A DNA stretch of 62,990 nt, the filler included, from Saprolegnia diclina VS20 (Eukaryota), in NCBI RefSeq assembly GCF_000281045.1. It is 5 parts of 2 records of this genome, joined end to end, with 100 filler letters (N's around TTAATTAATTAA, not from the genome) between each part and the next. Parts side by side here need not be neighbours in the genome. Positions count along the whole stretch, not along the records: positions 35,087 to 58,471 come from NW_008246079.1; positions 58,572 to 62,990 come from NW_008246080.1; 3 more parts are not named here. The stretch is one strand, 5' to 3'. Under the pieces are notes generated by a model. That model was not told where the DNA came from and ran no database searches. It saw only the letters and a list, made by a program, of their open reading frames with translations. Every line of letters starts with the position of its first letter. The first letter of the stretch is position 1. The position numbers and the translations under genes were made by a program. Of this stretch, positions 46,569-60,224 are shown in pieces.

Positions 46569-47527
46569 CTAGCCGAGATATGGCGACAGAAGGGATGCGA
46601 GACGCTCGGTCGAGATGGTGCCTTGGAGCTGCTTGAAGACGTGGACGAGACTCTCGACTTGGGCGCCGCCCTTGTACACCATGAAGATCGGCAAGTCGCT
46701 CGCGTCAAAAGTCGCATCGGCCTGCTTGGCGTCGACGACGAGAAACTGCGTGTGGACGTACGCCAGGCAAAGCTGCTCGAGGCAGTGGTTGATCGCCACG
46801 CACACTTGGTTGCGCTATGCATGCTTGCAATGCGCGTTGCGAGAGGAGGAGGATGGAGGGTTGTACCTCGTCGCACATGTGGACGATGACGTGCACGCGG
46901 GCGTCGGCGGCGTCAACGGTATCGACAAAGCCAAACGGGTCCGAGTACTGCAGGGTACCAAAGGCAGGCCGCCTACGCTGCAGCATCAAGCACGACCGTT
47001 CCTACGCGTTGTGACCGCACCCGTCCCGCTCGGCCATCGTCATCTCGAGCATGCGCTTGGCGCAATATTCCTTCATCATTTCGTCGTCGCTCAAGTCGCT
47101 CAAGTCGGCGTCCGAGTCGTTGTCGCTCAATCCTGTCGGGTTGTTGGCTGCGACGGCCGGCACTGTGTGGCCCTTGGCGATACGGTTCATCACCGCCGTG
47201 CGCACCGCCTCGTTCTGCCGGCGCTCGGCGGCCTTGGCTTGCTTGTACGCTCTGTAGTCGGTCAAGACGCCCTTTGGTCCCGTGTGCGTAGCAGGCGTGA
47301 AGGTTCGGCGCTTGCCTTGCCGCGCGTACTTGGCTTGGGACCACGGCCCCGTCGGGTCGGCAGCGGAGGCGGGCAGCGATGGCTCTTCGTCGCTACGTCC
47401 AGGCCTATTGCCTCGACCTTGCATGTGCCATGGTGTACCTCGCTTCCGAGTCCGAGTTGACCTTGCCGCCGAGCTCGTCTGCGTCGCGGTCCTTGTAGAC
47501 GTCATGGCGCAGGAAGAAGTCGTCCAT
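46569..47527 (-). CDS. Phosducin-like protein (PhLP1 type), multi-exon
   Basis: HTGPKGVLTDYR signature and thioredoxin-like C-terminal domain (VHVIVH..DLPIFMVYKGG); first exon MDDFFLRHD.. splices in frame. Confidence 0.8.
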
Positions 47528-47898
47528 AGAGGAAGCTTTTTCGAAACTTCACGCGGTCGCGTATCCTCCGGTATTTTATCCGGACTGCGCGATCCACGGC
47601 GAAGGGTCGTTCGTCCGATCGCAGGAAGGGGCGCGGCTGACGGCGTCGCGGGGGCTGGGCCCACTTCGCCCATCGCCCGTCGCTCCCAGCTTCCAGCTGG
47701 CGGATGGACCTTGACCGACCGCCCATGGTCAGCAGCCGTCATCCAGGCGTGGATCGATCGACGAGGGTCATGAGGAAGTCGAGGCAACATGGAATATGGG
47801 CATCTCGTTGTCCTTTTTATATGGTCTTTTGCAAAACTAGAGGAGATGCTAGATATCGATCCATAATGGTCCACGTCGTGGTGCATTCTCCTAAGTAC

Positions 47899-48540
47899 TT
47901 AGCCCTTCCCTGACTGCTTCATCAACCACTGGATGACCTGGTCGATATTTACGAGGCGCAGCGCCGAGATCGGGATGACGAGCCACGGGTTGTCGACAAT
48001 GTAGTCGAGGTTGAGCTCGCGAATGAGCTCGGGCTCCGAGATATGCGGCTCCAAGTCGATCTTGTTGGCAAGCACGAGCAGCGGCGTCGTCGCCAGCTCG
48101 CGATCTTCCAAGAGGCGGTGCAGCTCTTTGCGCGCAAGCGAGATTTGGTCAAACTAGTGCCATCATGAGCCATCAAGATGGGTTGATGGAAGAGGAAGCG
48201 TACCGCGTTGGCGTCGACGACGTAAATAATGACATCGCAGCCGCGGGTGTACCGGCCCCACTCGCTTCGGTACTGCGCTTGGCCGCCAATGTCCCAGCAT
48301 TTCATTTGCACGCCGCCCTTCTTGACGAGCTTGACGTTGAGACCGATCGTCGGACACGTCTCGACCGGGTGGCCCATGGCCATGACGTTGAGCAGCGTCG
48401 TCTTGCCACTACAGACGCATGTGACGACCCGCTCTTCGCATGGCATGCATGCACGCGTACCTGTTCTCGAGGCCGACGAGGACGACTTCGAGCTTCTTCG
48501 TGTAGAAGGCTTGGAGCATGCGCTGCAGGATTCCCCCCAT
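47899..48540 (-). CDS. ARL8: ARF-like small GTPase, ARL8 subfamily (3 exons)
   Basis: VGLEN/SGKTT, PTIG, WDIGGQAQYRSEWGRY, LANKID, ISA. Confidence 0.85.
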
Positions 48541-49872
48541 GCTGCGTCCGACTTCGCCTTCCGACTTTTGACTATGAGTTTGAGGTCGGCCATTGACACT
48601 GCGTCCATCAGTTCTGAGAGGTTCTCGCTATATAGAAACGGCCAGTGGCTTCGGAATATCGAAACGCCAGAGGTTTTCTATCCTTCTCCAGTTGGAGCCA
48701 CAGTAGTCAGTTGTGGGGTGCGTGCAAATCCACTTGGAATTTGTATGCGACGCGTGCGAGACACTTCCCACGTGATAAACCACACGCGTCATTGACGGGG
48801 AAAATGATATGCTGCAGCTGCGCCTTGTTTTATTTTCGACGCTTCTTACAAAAGACAAGATAGTAGGTAGGATCGCGTGCATTTAATTGGCGTCGCCCTT
48901 CTCTTCGCTGGAATGGGCTACGTTTTTCACGGTGGGAAATACCGTGTGAAAGTGCGACCAAGCTTGGAGTGATGGTCAGTCAGGGGCCGTCCGCTGATTT
49001 CGCGCCTTTTTCTCGTGCCCATGCGTGGATACTGGCAAGCAAGCAGCGACTTCGCTGGTCCCATCGAGTAGACTTGGCGTTGATCATTTGACTGTTGCCA
49101 TCTGCATCAACCATAGAGTCGTGTGACATGGCTAAGATCTAAATGCAATTTGGACGTTGCCCGCCAGGCATGAATCAATGGTGACCACGCCGGTCCAACA
49201 AAGCAAGTCACGCCATCCCCACGTTTCTGACTTCAACGTGCACTTCTCAGATGCCGGAATTCCAAGACTGCAAACAGCGGTCTACACTCGATGTATTCGC
49301 GTTGCTTGTGCGTCCTACGACTGGTATAGCGCGCAGACGCCGTTGGCCAGCGACGGTGCCATGGACACGATGCGACTTCGGGCATACGTCTCGTTTTGAT
49401 GACATACTAACGTTAGTAGATGCCTTGACTCCATCATTATGATCTCCAGCTTTACTCACGCCACGGCGCAGCATTGACGCGACTCTTACGAAAAGTACAA
49501 AATTAGTGGTTCTCAAGCGACACTGGCAGACGTTATCGCCCCATATCACCTTGCACTGTTTTTGAGGAATACTGTGGCATCCGTCAACCTACTTCACCAT
49601 CAATTCACAAGGCTGCAACACGATAAGAACTAGGATATCTTAGTGCCTTTCCATTTCGAAGACCCTTCGTTGTCCAAGTGTCGGAAACAAAAGTTAAAAG
49701 ATCGAGTCGCATGGCTGTCATGTAACACCCACCACTTGCCTGTGCAATTTGTCGCGACTACATTCCTGCAAGGACCCATAGAACCAACTTTGTGTTGCTA
49801 CCACTGTCGTGTCTTGTTAGGAGGCGGACGTCGTAACCCCTGGCGTTAAAACCACCGCCGATAACGGTTTCC

Positions 49873-51492
49873 ATGAACAAGTACGAGGTGCTCGGCATCG
49901 TCGGCGAAGGCGCGTACGGCGTCGTGCTCAAATGCCGCAATAAGGAGACGGGTGAGATCGTCGCCATCAAAAAGTTCAAGGAGAGCGAAGAGGACGAGAC
50001 GGTTCGGAAGACGACGCTGCGCGAAGTCAAAGTGCTCAAGATGCTCAAGCAAGACAACATCGTCAACCTCAAAGAAGCGTTCCGGCGAAAAGGCAAGCTC
50101 TACCTCGTGTTCGAGTACGTCGAGAAGAACTTGCTCGAAGTCCTCGAAGAAAAGCCCGCGGGCCTCGACCACGAGCTCGTCCGGCGCTACGTCTACCAGC
50201 TCAGCCGCGCGATCGCCTACTGCCACGAAAATGGCGTCGTCCATCGCGACATCAAGCCCGAGAACCTTCTCGTCAACTCGGACCACTCCCTGCGGCTCTG
50301 CGACTTTGGATTTGCGCGGCTTGTGGCCGACTCACACTCGATGGAGCTCACCGACTACGTCGCGACGCGCTGGTACCGGTCACCCGAACTGCTTCTTGGA
50401 TCAACCAAGTATGGGAAGAGCGTCGACATTTGGGCCATTGGATGTATCATGGGCGAGCTCCTCGACGGCCAGCCGCTCTTTCCTGGCGAGTCGGAGATCG
50501 ACCAACTCTACATGATTCAGAAAATGCTGGGGCCGCTCACGCCCGACCACATGGAGCTCTTCCTCTCCAACCCACGGTTTGCGGGCTTGAAGTTCCCTGA
50601 TATGACGCGCCCAGATACGCTGCAAAAGCGATTTGTGGGCAAAGTGCCGAAGCGCGCGATGGCTTTTCTCAAAGGCACGGTGCAGTTGGGACCGGACGAA
50701 CGCATGACAGCCGCCGAGTGCGTCGCACACCCGTACTTTGAAGGCCTCGAGAAGGACACCCTTGGCGGCGAGGGCAACCAGGCCATGACACCACCGCCGA
50801 CCAAGCCCCTTTTTCGGCTCGACGAAAGCACGAGCGGCATCCTCTGCGACGAGCCCAAGCCGCGCAAGGACAGCCCGGATAATGGCATCAATAGCACCAA
50901 GAAACCACAGAAGAAGAAGACAACGTCGTCCACCACAACCAAAGAAAACCAGCGGCTGCGCGATGAGAAGGATGGGCGAACACGAGCTGCCGAGTATGGC
51001 ACGCTGCCCGTCGAGATGGAGCTGGACACGCCGCTCGCCCCGCGAGACACTGGTGTATCGTCAAGTAAGAAGAAGAGCAGTGCGAGCAGGTCGAGCAAAT
51101 CGGTCAAGGCAGACGAGAAGGCCCCTCCGTCGACGCCCAAGACGCTGGCGGGAAGCAGCAGCACAGGAAGCACACGGAAAAAGAAGACAGCGGCGCCGAA
51201 AAGCGAGGCCAAGGCCGACATCAAGCGCGAGTCCAAGACCAGCAGCAACAAGGAGAGCGAGTCATCATCACGGCGAACGTCGGTGCGGCAGGTCGACGAC
51301 GCCAAACGGAGTCGGAAAGACGCCGACACCGTGCGATGTAAGCAGCTTCCACAACTCACGATGGATGTCGATGGTGAGAGCGACGTCGTGCTGTTACCGC
51401 GCAGTGTCAAGTCGAATGGTCTCCAGCCACTGCGCATGCTGGCGTCCGACCCCAAGCAGTATTATGACAGTAGTGACGAGTACAAAGCATAG
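49873..51492 (+). CDS. CDKL5: CDK-like kinase (CDKL5/LF5-like); the 3' end may extend through further exons to about 51980
   Basis: [58 protein letters not shown], followed by a disordered basic tail. Confidence 0.9.
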   Translation: MNKYEVLGIVGEGAYGVVLKCRNKETGEIVAIKKFKESEEDETVRKTTLREVKVLKMLKQDNIVNLKEAFRRKGKLYLVFEYVEKNLLEVLEEKPAGLDHELVRRYVYQLSRAIAYCHENGVVHRDIKPENLLVNSDHSLRLCDFGFARLVADSHSMELTDYVATRWYRSPELLLGSTKYGKSVDIWAIGCIMGELLDGQPLFPGESEIDQLYMIQKMLGPLTPDHMELFLSNPRFAGLKFPDMTRPDTLQKRFVGKVPKRAMAFLKGTVQLGPDERMTAAECVAHPYFEGLEKDTLGGEGNQAMTPPPTKPLFRLDESTSGILCDEPKPRKDSPDNGINSTKKPQKKKTTSSTTTKENQRLRDEKDGRTRAAEYGTLPVEMELDTPLAPRDTGVSSSKKKSSASRSSKSVKADEKAPPSTPKTLAGSSSTGSTRKKKTAAPKSEAKADIKRESKTSSNKESESSSRRTSVRQVDDAKRSRKDADTVRCKQLPQLTMDVDGESDVVLLPRSVKSNGLQPLRMLASDPKQYYDSSDEYKA

Positions 51493-52197
51493 CCCATTAT
51501 GGCTCTAGCCACCACATACGACGGCAGCGGTGCGTCTGTACAAATATACTTATGCCACGGCACCCCATCGACGACCGCCTCTCTGTGCGCGATCGACGAT
51601 ACTTGGCGTCGCGTGTCGTGGCCATGTCCCAAGATACCAGTGCCGATGCCATGTTCGGGCATGGCACCGATGCAGCTCGCACGCGCAGCGAAGCTGTTGC
51701 ATCAGCGCACGGTACCGAGAAGGGTGCACCGACCCGGCTACGTGGCACGTGCAACAAAGCGCAGCACAGGACGGGTGTGACCATCGAGCCGGAGGTGGCA
51801 CCGGGGCATGGACGCTGCAAGTGCATGCTACAGGACGCGTCTTCGAGGCCTTATAGGAGCGATCGCAGCACCAGATGCGGTACCTTCCTTCAAGCAGCAT
51901 GGAGCATGTTGTCTCGACGGCTACCCCGGCGCAGCCCCCCCGGCGCTCCTATCGCGATCTTGGCCGCTGCGTCGGTATAGAAAACACTCAACTGCTGTTT
52001 GAAACACCTTGGTTGAAGTGATTTTGCACTGTCGGCTTGTAGTGGCTGGGGATCGGTTTTTATAAAGACCAAATACATACATAAAATAGGATATTGCTTG
52101 TTGTGTGTTTTAAACAGCGTTGAAAACCTGGGGCAGATTGACTGCGGTCCAGTTTTCGCATCGGGACAGAGGCAAGAGGCCGCGAGACCACGGAAGC

Positions 52198-53102
52198 ATG
52201 TCGACGGTCCAAGTCCCCCCCACGCGCATGTACGCCCGCGCCGATCCGTCCTCGGTCGTTCTCATGTGGCCTCGCTCTCTAGGAACCTCACGGTCTACAA
52301 GGCCAAGCGCGTTGCGGCCAAGAAGGGTATGTGCCCGCCATCCATGCCCGTAGGACCTAACCCGTCGTAGGCTTTGATCTCTTGAAGAAGAAGGCCGACG
52401 CCTTGAAGATGCGCTTCCAGGCCATGCTTCGCGAGATCCAAAAGGTACTAAATGGCGCGAGCCACGGGCGTGGGCATCATCGTGTTATAGACAAAAATGA
52501 CCATGTCCCAAGATGCTGCCGATGCGTTCTTCTCGCTGTCGCAGGCGCAGTACGCGGCCGGCGACTTCCGCCACAAGGTCATTGAGTCGGTGACGACGGC
52601 CGAGTTCCGCCTCGAGAACCGCATTGATAACGTGGCCGGCGTCAAGCTGCCCGTCTTCACGGACGTCGAGACGGCGCGCGAGAAGAGCGAAAACATTGGT
52701 CTCTCTGGCGGTGGCGGCAAGATCCAGAACTGCCGCGACAAGTTCCGCCACCTCCTCAAGGCGCTCGTGAAGCTTGCGTCGCTCCAGACGTCGTTCGTCA
52801 CGCTCGACGAGGCGCTCAAGGTCACGAACCGCCGTGTGAACGCGCTCGACAACGTCACGATCCCGCGCATTGATAAGGTCATCGACTACATCTCGCGCGA
52901 GCTCGACGAGTTGGAGCGCGAGGACTTTGTGCGCATCAAGAAGGTCCAGGCCAACAAGATCCAGGCCGCGAAGGAGTTGGCGCTCGAGACGGAGGCGCAG
53001 GCTGCGGCCGAGGTCGCGTCGGGCGTCCCCGTCTTTACGGCGTCGGACCTCGATATCCTCGCTGCGTTCGAGCCGGCTGCGGACGCGGACGTTGTGTTTT
53101 AA
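52198..53102 (+). CDS. ATP6V1D: V-type H+-ATPase subunit D (4 exons)
   Basis: [72 protein letters not shown]. Confidence 0.95.
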
Positions 53103-53987
53103 ACCAGTCCCGCTATTGTAATACAGACAGCGCTCTTTCGCTTGTGACTTCGTTCGTACCTCTCGCGTCTCCATGGGAAGGCGCGCGACCATGGCACGGC
53201 GCCATGGCAGTGAGCTCGGCGACGCAGCACTCTGTGCATACACCATCGTCCAAGTGGTCGGTAGCAGCGCGCACGAGATAGCATCCAACTGCTTCTATAG
53301 GTATACTGCGATGCATCCCTCACTTTCCGTCGCACCCTCCTGTCGACGCCGACGCTATGATCTGGAGGACGCCTGCCGTGCTCAAAGCTCGCAGCATGCC
53401 AAGCAGCCATCTCATGAGGTCAGGATCAGTTCTTATCGGTGCAACTGCGCGTCGTCGTCGGATATTCTTGGTTGCATCAAGAGAGATTCGCTCCAGCGTG
53501 TCAGGAACCATTGTCGCCGGGCAGCTTCAGTCGATGGTAGCGAGCTCTGCCCTGCGATTTCCATGCCCACAAAGAGTCTTCACTGCGCAGACTGCGCTGG
53601 CAGACGTGCGTACTAGTACTTGGGATGATCGGGAGCAGCACCCAGATCTGCTTGGATGCATTGCCTCTTCGATCATCTATCTTCTTGGACCAGTTAGAGA
53701 TACCAAGGCGAATGGCTTTGCATCTTGGCGGCGGCTCCTCCACACAACCCGTCGACAGCGCTGCCGCGGGCCAATCGCGGCCGCTCGGCGCCTTCAACTC
53801 GACTGGCGCGATGGAATATCACCATTTGCGTCGCACGCCAACGCGCCAATCGCGTGCGTTTGTTTCGATACAACGCAATGCCATTGGTTGGACCGCAACT
53901 GCGGCGCCGAGCGAATATTTGCCCATGTGATCGGCGGCCTTTCTGGGAGCGTCAGTTCTGCTTTCGCCTCGCCGCCACCGCATCATC

Positions 53988-55715
53988 ATGAAGGTCCCGT
54001 CGTCGCTGCCTCTCCTCGCCCTCTGCCTCGCGTCTTCGGCCGCGCTCGACCGCTCGCTCTGGGGCATCAACTACGACACGCGCACGAGCGAATGGGGCGG
54101 CTGCAAGGACCAGGCGGTCATCACCGCCGACCTCACCGCGCTCAAGACGGTCACGAACGTCGTGCGCCTCTACTCGATGAAGCAGCCGTGCGTTGACCGC
54201 GTCTTCAAGGCCGCCAAGAACCTTGGCCTCAAGGTCTGGATCGGCACGTGGTCGGAGGTTGCGTCGCCCAAGGTCCGCGACTCGTTCGACGAAGACTTCA
54301 AGGTGCTCCAGGGCCTCGTCAAGAGCGGCGCGATCACCAACCAGAACGTCGCCGGTATCCAAGTCTCGAGCGAGGCGCTCTTCCGCTACTACATCAACGG
54401 CGGCGCCGGCGTCAACGACACGGCCAACACGAACGGTGCGGACGCGATGATCGCCCATCTCAACCAGACGCGGACGTTCTTGCGCCAGAACAAGCTGGAC
54501 TTTCCGGTCACGATCGCCGACGTCATGGACATCTACAACAACTACCCGAAGCTCTACGACGCCGTCGACGTCGTCTCGGTCAACCAGTTTTCGATGTGGG
54601 AAAACGTCGACGCGGCCAACGGCGCCTTCACCATGTGGCAGCACTGGCAGAAGATCGAGGCGCAGGCCCGCGCCGCCGGCAAGCCCGTGCTCATGTCCGA
54701 GACGGGTTGGAGCTCGGCCGGCAACAACACGGCCATCAAGGAGGCGTCGCCGGACGCCGAGCGCATCTTCACGCGCGACTTCCTCACGGTCGCGGAGCAG
54801 ATGCAGATGAACTACTTTTACTTTGCGTCGTTCGACCTCAGCTTTGGCGACAACGTCATTGAGCGCAACTTTGGCATCTTTGACGTCGACCGCAAGTTGA
54901 AGGACCCAGTCGTCAAGGCCAACGTCGGCAAGGCGCCGATCGCGGTCCGCCTCTTCTCGGGCAACAAGGTGCTCAAGGCCGACGGGTACCTCACGAGCAC
55001 GTACACGCGTCTGAGCATGGACACGCCGGCCACCGGTGCCGGCCTCGACAGCGAGATCTGGTTCTGGGACCCGACGACGAGCGTCCTTCGCTCCAAGAGC
55101 GCCAACCAGTGCTTGGACTCGTATGGCTCGAACGACTGGCAGAACGTGCACTTGTGGAACTGCGACTTCACCAACAAGAATCAAAAGTGGAAGATCGAGA
55201 ACAACGCGGTCAAGACGCAGAACGGCGCCAACTTTTGCATGGACTCGGACCCGTCCATGAAGTACGACGACGGCAAGCAGAAGGTCCAGATGTGGTGGTG
55301 CTGGAACGGCCCGAACCAGAAGATCACGATGCGCCCGATTAGCGCCGAGCCGATCCAGATCAAGCTCGGCGGCAAGGCGTGGCTCTCGGCCTCCGGTGCA
55401 GCGGTCTCGACCGCCCAGACGTCGGCCAGCTGGTTCTATGACCCGATCGCGCAGACCATCTCGACCAAGGAGAAGACGTGCCTCGACCTCGCCACGTACG
55501 CGCGTGACACGCCTGTCAAGGCGACCGCCTGTGTCGCCAACAGCGCGACGCAAAAGTGGCAGTTCAACGACGTCACCGGGCAGTTCAACCACGGCACGTC
55601 ACTCGCGCTCTGCCTCTCGGGCTCGTCCAAGACGGCGGACGTCGTCGCGCAGCTCTGCGACAAGTCGGACGCCAACCAAAAGTGGGCCGTCTCGATGACC
55701 AACCCGACCGCGTAA
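53988..55715 (+). CDS. Secreted GH17 beta-1,3-glucanase/transglycosylase with C-terminal ricin-B (CBM13) domains
   Basis: Signal peptide; GINY, VRLYS, VSSE, SETGWSS; QxW repeats (CLD..NQKW). Confidence 0.88.
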   Translation: MKVPSSLPLLALCLASSAALDRSLWGINYDTRTSEWGGCKDQAVITADLTALKTVTNVVRLYSMKQPCVDRVFKAAKNLGLKVWIGTWSEVASPKVRDSFDEDFKVLQGLVKSGAITNQNVAGIQVSSEALFRYYINGGAGVNDTANTNGADAMIAHLNQTRTFLRQNKLDFPVTIADVMDIYNNYPKLYDAVDVVSVNQFSMWENVDAANGAFTMWQHWQKIEAQARAAGKPVLMSETGWSSAGNNTAIKEASPDAERIFTRDFLTVAEQMQMNYFYFASFDLSFGDNVIERNFGIFDVDRKLKDPVVKANVGKAPIAVRLFSGNKVLKADGYLTSTYTRLSMDTPATGAGLDSEIWFWDPTTSVLRSKSANQCLDSYGSNDWQNVHLWNCDFTNKNQKWKIENNAVKTQNGANFCMDSDPSMKYDDGKQKVQMWWCWNGPNQKITMRPISAEPIQIKLGGKAWLSASGAAVSTAQTSASWFYDPIAQTISTKEKTCLDLATYARDTPVKATACVANSATQKWQFNDVTGQFNHGTSLALCLSGSSKTADVVAQLCDKSDANQKWAVSMTNPTA

Positions 55716-56047
55716 ACCCATAGTATCCGAGTGTAAAGAAGACAATTATCTCCAAGCGTTGTACCTATCTTCGTTGTCAAAGCCCCCGAGTCGTCTCTTC
55801 GCACGCCACATTGGTGCTTGTAGACGGCAGAAGTAGTTATACTGGTATGTACACGTTCGGTGGGCTCTTGTTCTATGTATCGAGGCTCTTCATCCGCCAA
55901 TAGATGCAGTATCTTCGACCACTATCTGCAGACAATAAAGACAATCATAAAGCGAGCTATTCTCGCAGCGGCCACGGGAATAAGAAGGAATAAGAATGGA
56001 GAGCTATGCGGCTGCCACGAGTGTGGTGTTGGTCAAAGTGTCTTAAG

Positions 56048-58385
56048 TTAGGAGTGCTCTTTTCGAGTCGCGGGGCGGTGAACCCACGTTGAGCTCAAGC
56101 CGACCGAGTCGAGCGCCACGGGCGGTTTTCGCCGCGGCTTGCAATGCTCGGGGAATGGAAACGCGAGCTCCTGCACGGTCACGTGGGGCGTCACAAAGTA
56201 GGCGACTTCGAGCTCGCGCCGATCGGGGTCGATGGGCTTGACCCGCGCCTGCGTCGTCGTCGTCGTCGTCGGTCGATACACGCCGCCGTTCATGAGTACG
56301 ACCTTGGGCCGTGCGAGGGCTTTTTGCCACGCCGTGTTTTGCCTGATGCGATAGTTTCCCATCTATTGTCGTATTGGACACGTACGTATACTCGGCGACA
56401 GACACTTTGGGCACCGAGAGCGGCGCGTCGTGGCGATGACGATGCGACGTCGACTTGGTGGCGGGTTTGGGCGTCGAGAGGGGCTGGAGCCCTGGCTGAC
56501 GCACCTTGCGCTTCTAGAATTGGTCGCACCATAAGCTTGCGAACGCGGAGAAAGCATCTCTACATGAGGCAGCGGGGCGGGGCTGCGCTCGACCAAAGGC
56601 TTGACGAGCTTGGGCGGTTTGGCCCCCAACGCGACAGCGAACGCCGTCTTTGTCGTGGACGCGGTCAAGAGTCGCGGCGGCAGCTGCTCTGGTATGGGCG
56701 ACACGACTGTAGTCGTGGGCGTACTAACGACGCTCGTCGGGGGCTGCTGCTGCAAGAGAATTTGCTGGAGCTCCTGCAACAACGTCATACGCGCGTTGGA
56801 CGAGAGCGAAAAGTAGAACGAAAGCATGCTCCGGACGCCGTTGACGCGCCCTTTCGCAGGCTGCTGGATGCTCTCGAGGAAGAGCTCATATTGGAGCGGA
56901 CCGAGGGTGTGCAAAAACAAGAGCAGCTCCTGCCGCAAACGCTGAGCAAAGTATCGAGGCCAAGCTGTGGTACCTGCTTTTCGAGAATCCCGAGCGTCGA
57001 GAGAAAGCGGTAGAGGGACGCGCTGAGCGTAAAATGCGCGAGCCGCTCAAAGTAGGACGCGACGGGCTCGGCCGCGCTCAAGCCCGCAAGGCCCAGTGGA
57101 CTCACAAACACGCGCCAAATCTCATTCGAGAGCGACCGGAGCCACTCGATCGTGTGCACGAGCGCGTCGTTGTCCATGACCAGGAGCGCGTGGAGTGTCA
57201 AGCTGCGTGCGCGGTCGTCGAGCGGCTCAAGTCGCGACTGTAGAAGCGGCGAGACGTCAAAACGCACATCGAGACGCAAAATGAGCGCCTGGATCTCGTC
57301 GTGGTGCTTCTCGACGTGGTGCTGCGTGAGCCACGCCAGCGTCACCGGTCGCAGCGTTGTCCTAGCACAGAAGAGATCGTGTATGCATTCAGACTGTATA
57401 ACTATACCACTCGGCGTCCGAGGCGCCCAGTGCGTTGAGCTGGTCAAACACAAACTCGGTCGTTTGGAACCGCGTTTTGGGCTACCGACAATGTTGAACT
57501 CCATGTTGTCGATAGCAGAGTACTTGGCTCATATCGAGGTTCAAGACGGCGGCGAGGCTGCTGTCCATGTCCCAGTACCCGCTCGCTGACCGCATCGCAA
57601 GGAGAGCGCGAAACGTTGTTGCTGTCGAGCTCGTATGCACCTGGTCGATGGGCTTGAGGCACCGGGCATCTAAGGTTCTTTGAGCCTTTTGTCAGCGAGA
57701 AAAAGTCGCCGCACCAAAGTCAACGACTTCATGGACGAGCGACGAGAGGAGCGTTGCCGTCTACACAGCTCGAGTAAGAACAGTGATGCAAGACGGCGTC
57801 GTACGCTGGAAAAGTGCAGCTTGTCTCTCCACACTTCGCCCATCTAGCATGTACGATAAGGTTGAATGAGCATCCATGATGTAGATGAAGCACACTTGTC
57901 GAAGCAACGTTGAGAAGCGATCGAGGCTGATCATTGAGCGCTGCTGGGCGTCCGACGCCCACTCGTCTTTGAGGTGCGACGGCGACGGGACGCCACAGAA
58001 GCGGCTCAACACCGCGTGCAGGTGCGTGTACGTGCTCAAGTCGATCGCGTAGGCTGCCGTCGGGTTGACGCATGCGTTCCAGAGGTCGTCGATCGACGCT
58101 TGGACGATGGCGGCGAGTTGCTGCTGCTGCTCGGACAGCTGGCCTGTACAAACGGTTGGATGCCGCCTGTAGAACTCAAGTACCGATGCTTTGAAAGGTC
58201 ACTTTGGGGTGCAGAACGAGGCAACGTCGGGGCGTCGAGTCTAGCTCGGGCAGCACATTCGAGTGCGGAATCTAATAAACGTGATGGCGTTTGATCGACT
58301 CTATTGTGCGTACGAGGGCCGTGCCGAAGAGCGTCGTGCGCGGGCTGGTCGCCGCCACGTCGGTCCTCGGACTAACCCACGCCAT
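56048..58385 (-). CDS. Multi-exon hypothetical protein (exon boundaries partly uncertain)
   Basis: Chain of minus-strand ORF pieces separated by about 40-50 nt GT..AG segments; plausible start MAWVSPRTD at 58385. Confidence 0.5.
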
Positions 58386-58471
58386 GCCATGAACAAACTA
58401 CAAATAGCACATCGTGCGAAACCAGAGTCAGAGTAACTGGTGCGCGCCATTATTTTCATCGCTTTGAATTC

Positions 58472-58571
58472 NNNNNNNNNNNNNNNNNNNNNNNNNNNNN
58501 NNNNNNNNNNNNNNNTTAATTAATTAANNNNNNNNNNNNNNNNNNNNNNNNNNNNNNNNNNNNNNNNNNNN
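58472..58571. other. Artificial contig-joining spacer
   Basis: N44-TTAATTAATTAA-N44. Confidence 0.95.
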
Positions 58572-59805
58572 CAAGGCAGCGACTAGAACAAGTTATATAA
58601 CCTACACAATTGCATGTTTATATTCTATAGAGGACGGGTGATGCAGAGTGTGGAGTGTTGATGAGAGCCTTGCGCACATATTCGTAGCTCTTGTGGTCGA
58701 CGACTTTACGTCGGAGCTCAATCGATCGCACGGCACGCTACTGTACTAGTAGCTCGCTTTTTCTCAAGATGTTTTAACGTAGAGGCTCCGATACGCTAGC
58801 CAGCATCGCGAACGGCGGCTAAACAATCGCCATTTCGATAATTTGGTTATGAAAAGGGGATGGTTTGTGAATGAAAGAGAGTTGGAGAAGTGATTTTGGT
58901 CAGGTTTTTGGATCTGAATTCGATGCGTTTTATTGGTCGGATTTAAAATTCTTTATGTCCAATCATACGTCGCCAGTCATGCTCCACGGCGCATCCCGCC
59001 GGCCTCCCATGATGAATTGGACAGTCCAAATGAAATCGCTTATACTCTTCAGGTGTGTAGAGATGGCTTTGCAGAGCACAAAAAACCCTGTTGCGTTGCC
59101 GTTCGATGCCTACAACAAGAGAAACTTTCGCGGAATCCATTTGAAATGGATGTTTCTATTGGTCAGATTTCAGGATAATTATGGCCAATCCAAAGTCGCC
59201 GTTCATGATGCAGCACTTTGACAGCCTGCATCCCGACCTTCAAAGTGGAATCGCTCGTACGTTGCAGGTACGTCAAGGCTCTTGCCAAGAGCCCAAAACT
59301 CAAGTAGCGTCGCTGACGTTTATATGCCTACAACTAATGGAGGGCGTCGCATTCACGTCGTCACACGAGCTTCGCCAGATCGACCAAATTTGCGTTTTGA
59401 AATGAACTCGCCAAGACTTGGTACATTGATATAAGACGCTTTGGAGAGCCCGGAACCGGAGGACCCGTCGACGTTCGTACAGCGTTCGCGAGGTGCGATC
59501 CAAGAATGATAAACGCCGGAAATAACATCATAGTGCAATTTCGAAAACCGGTCTCTGGACGCCTGTGCAACATGGTCCGCGAAACCTTGAAATGGAATCG
59601 CCCAAAGTTGACACAGTAATAGAAGACACTTTGGAGAGCAGAGCAGACCATGCAGTGTCGTTGGAGTCCTACAGCGCGACAACAAATACAAAACACTCTT
59701 TAAACGTCAGTTCCGTGGGCCGCGTCGAGGAGTGTTCGTCTCGCCCCCGACGTATTCAAGTGTGCAGTGCTCGGTAGTGTGCAAATTTCACTAAATGATA
59801 ATATG

Positions 59806-60213
59806 TTACTTGCCGCACCACGCCGTCTGCGGCGCGAACGAGAGGCAGTCGACGGCCGATACAAATGTGGTGGTGCAGACGCCGTTCAGGATGCAAGCAG
59901 AGCAGACACCGGAGGACGGACACCCTGAGCCGGAGGTACAGACGCACGCCGCGCCATTGCTTGGTTTGTTGGCGCTCGGGTTGAAGACCCAGTAGCCACC
60001 AGCGATGACGCACTGCACCTTGGTGTACGTCGGCTGCTGCAGCGTGCAGACGCCAAGGAGTTTGTTCCAGGTCCCAGTGCACGTCGTAGCGATCGTAGGT
60101 GGCGCAGAGAGGTTTTGGCAGACGCCAGTCGAGGCCTGGATCGACGTTGTCGAGGTCACAGCACCCACACTCGAACAGTGGATGTGTTTTGGGTTGTACT
60201 TGGTGGAGCCCAC
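59806..60213 (-). CDS. Small Cys-rich protein paralogue A (GTG where paralogues have ATG; possible pseudogene)
   Basis: TCTGTW..CT..QP..QC..GGYW plus C-terminal CVCTSGSGCPSSGVCSACILNGVC..DC..WCGK, shared with neighbours. Confidence 0.6.
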   Translation of the reverse strand: MGSTKYNPKHIHCSSVGAVTSTTSIQASTGVCQNLSAPPTIATTCTGTWNKLLGVCTLQQPTYTKVQCVIAGGYWVFNPSANKPSNGAACVCTSGSGCPSSGVCSACILNGVCTTTFVSAVDCLSFAPQTAWCGK

Positions 60214-60224
60214 GCCTTCGTAAA

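Noticed and set aside
58572..59790. AT-richer tract with short ORFs and a duplicated AAGACxCTTTGGAGAGC
   Set aside because: No recognisable product; insufficient evidence for a gene or mobile element.
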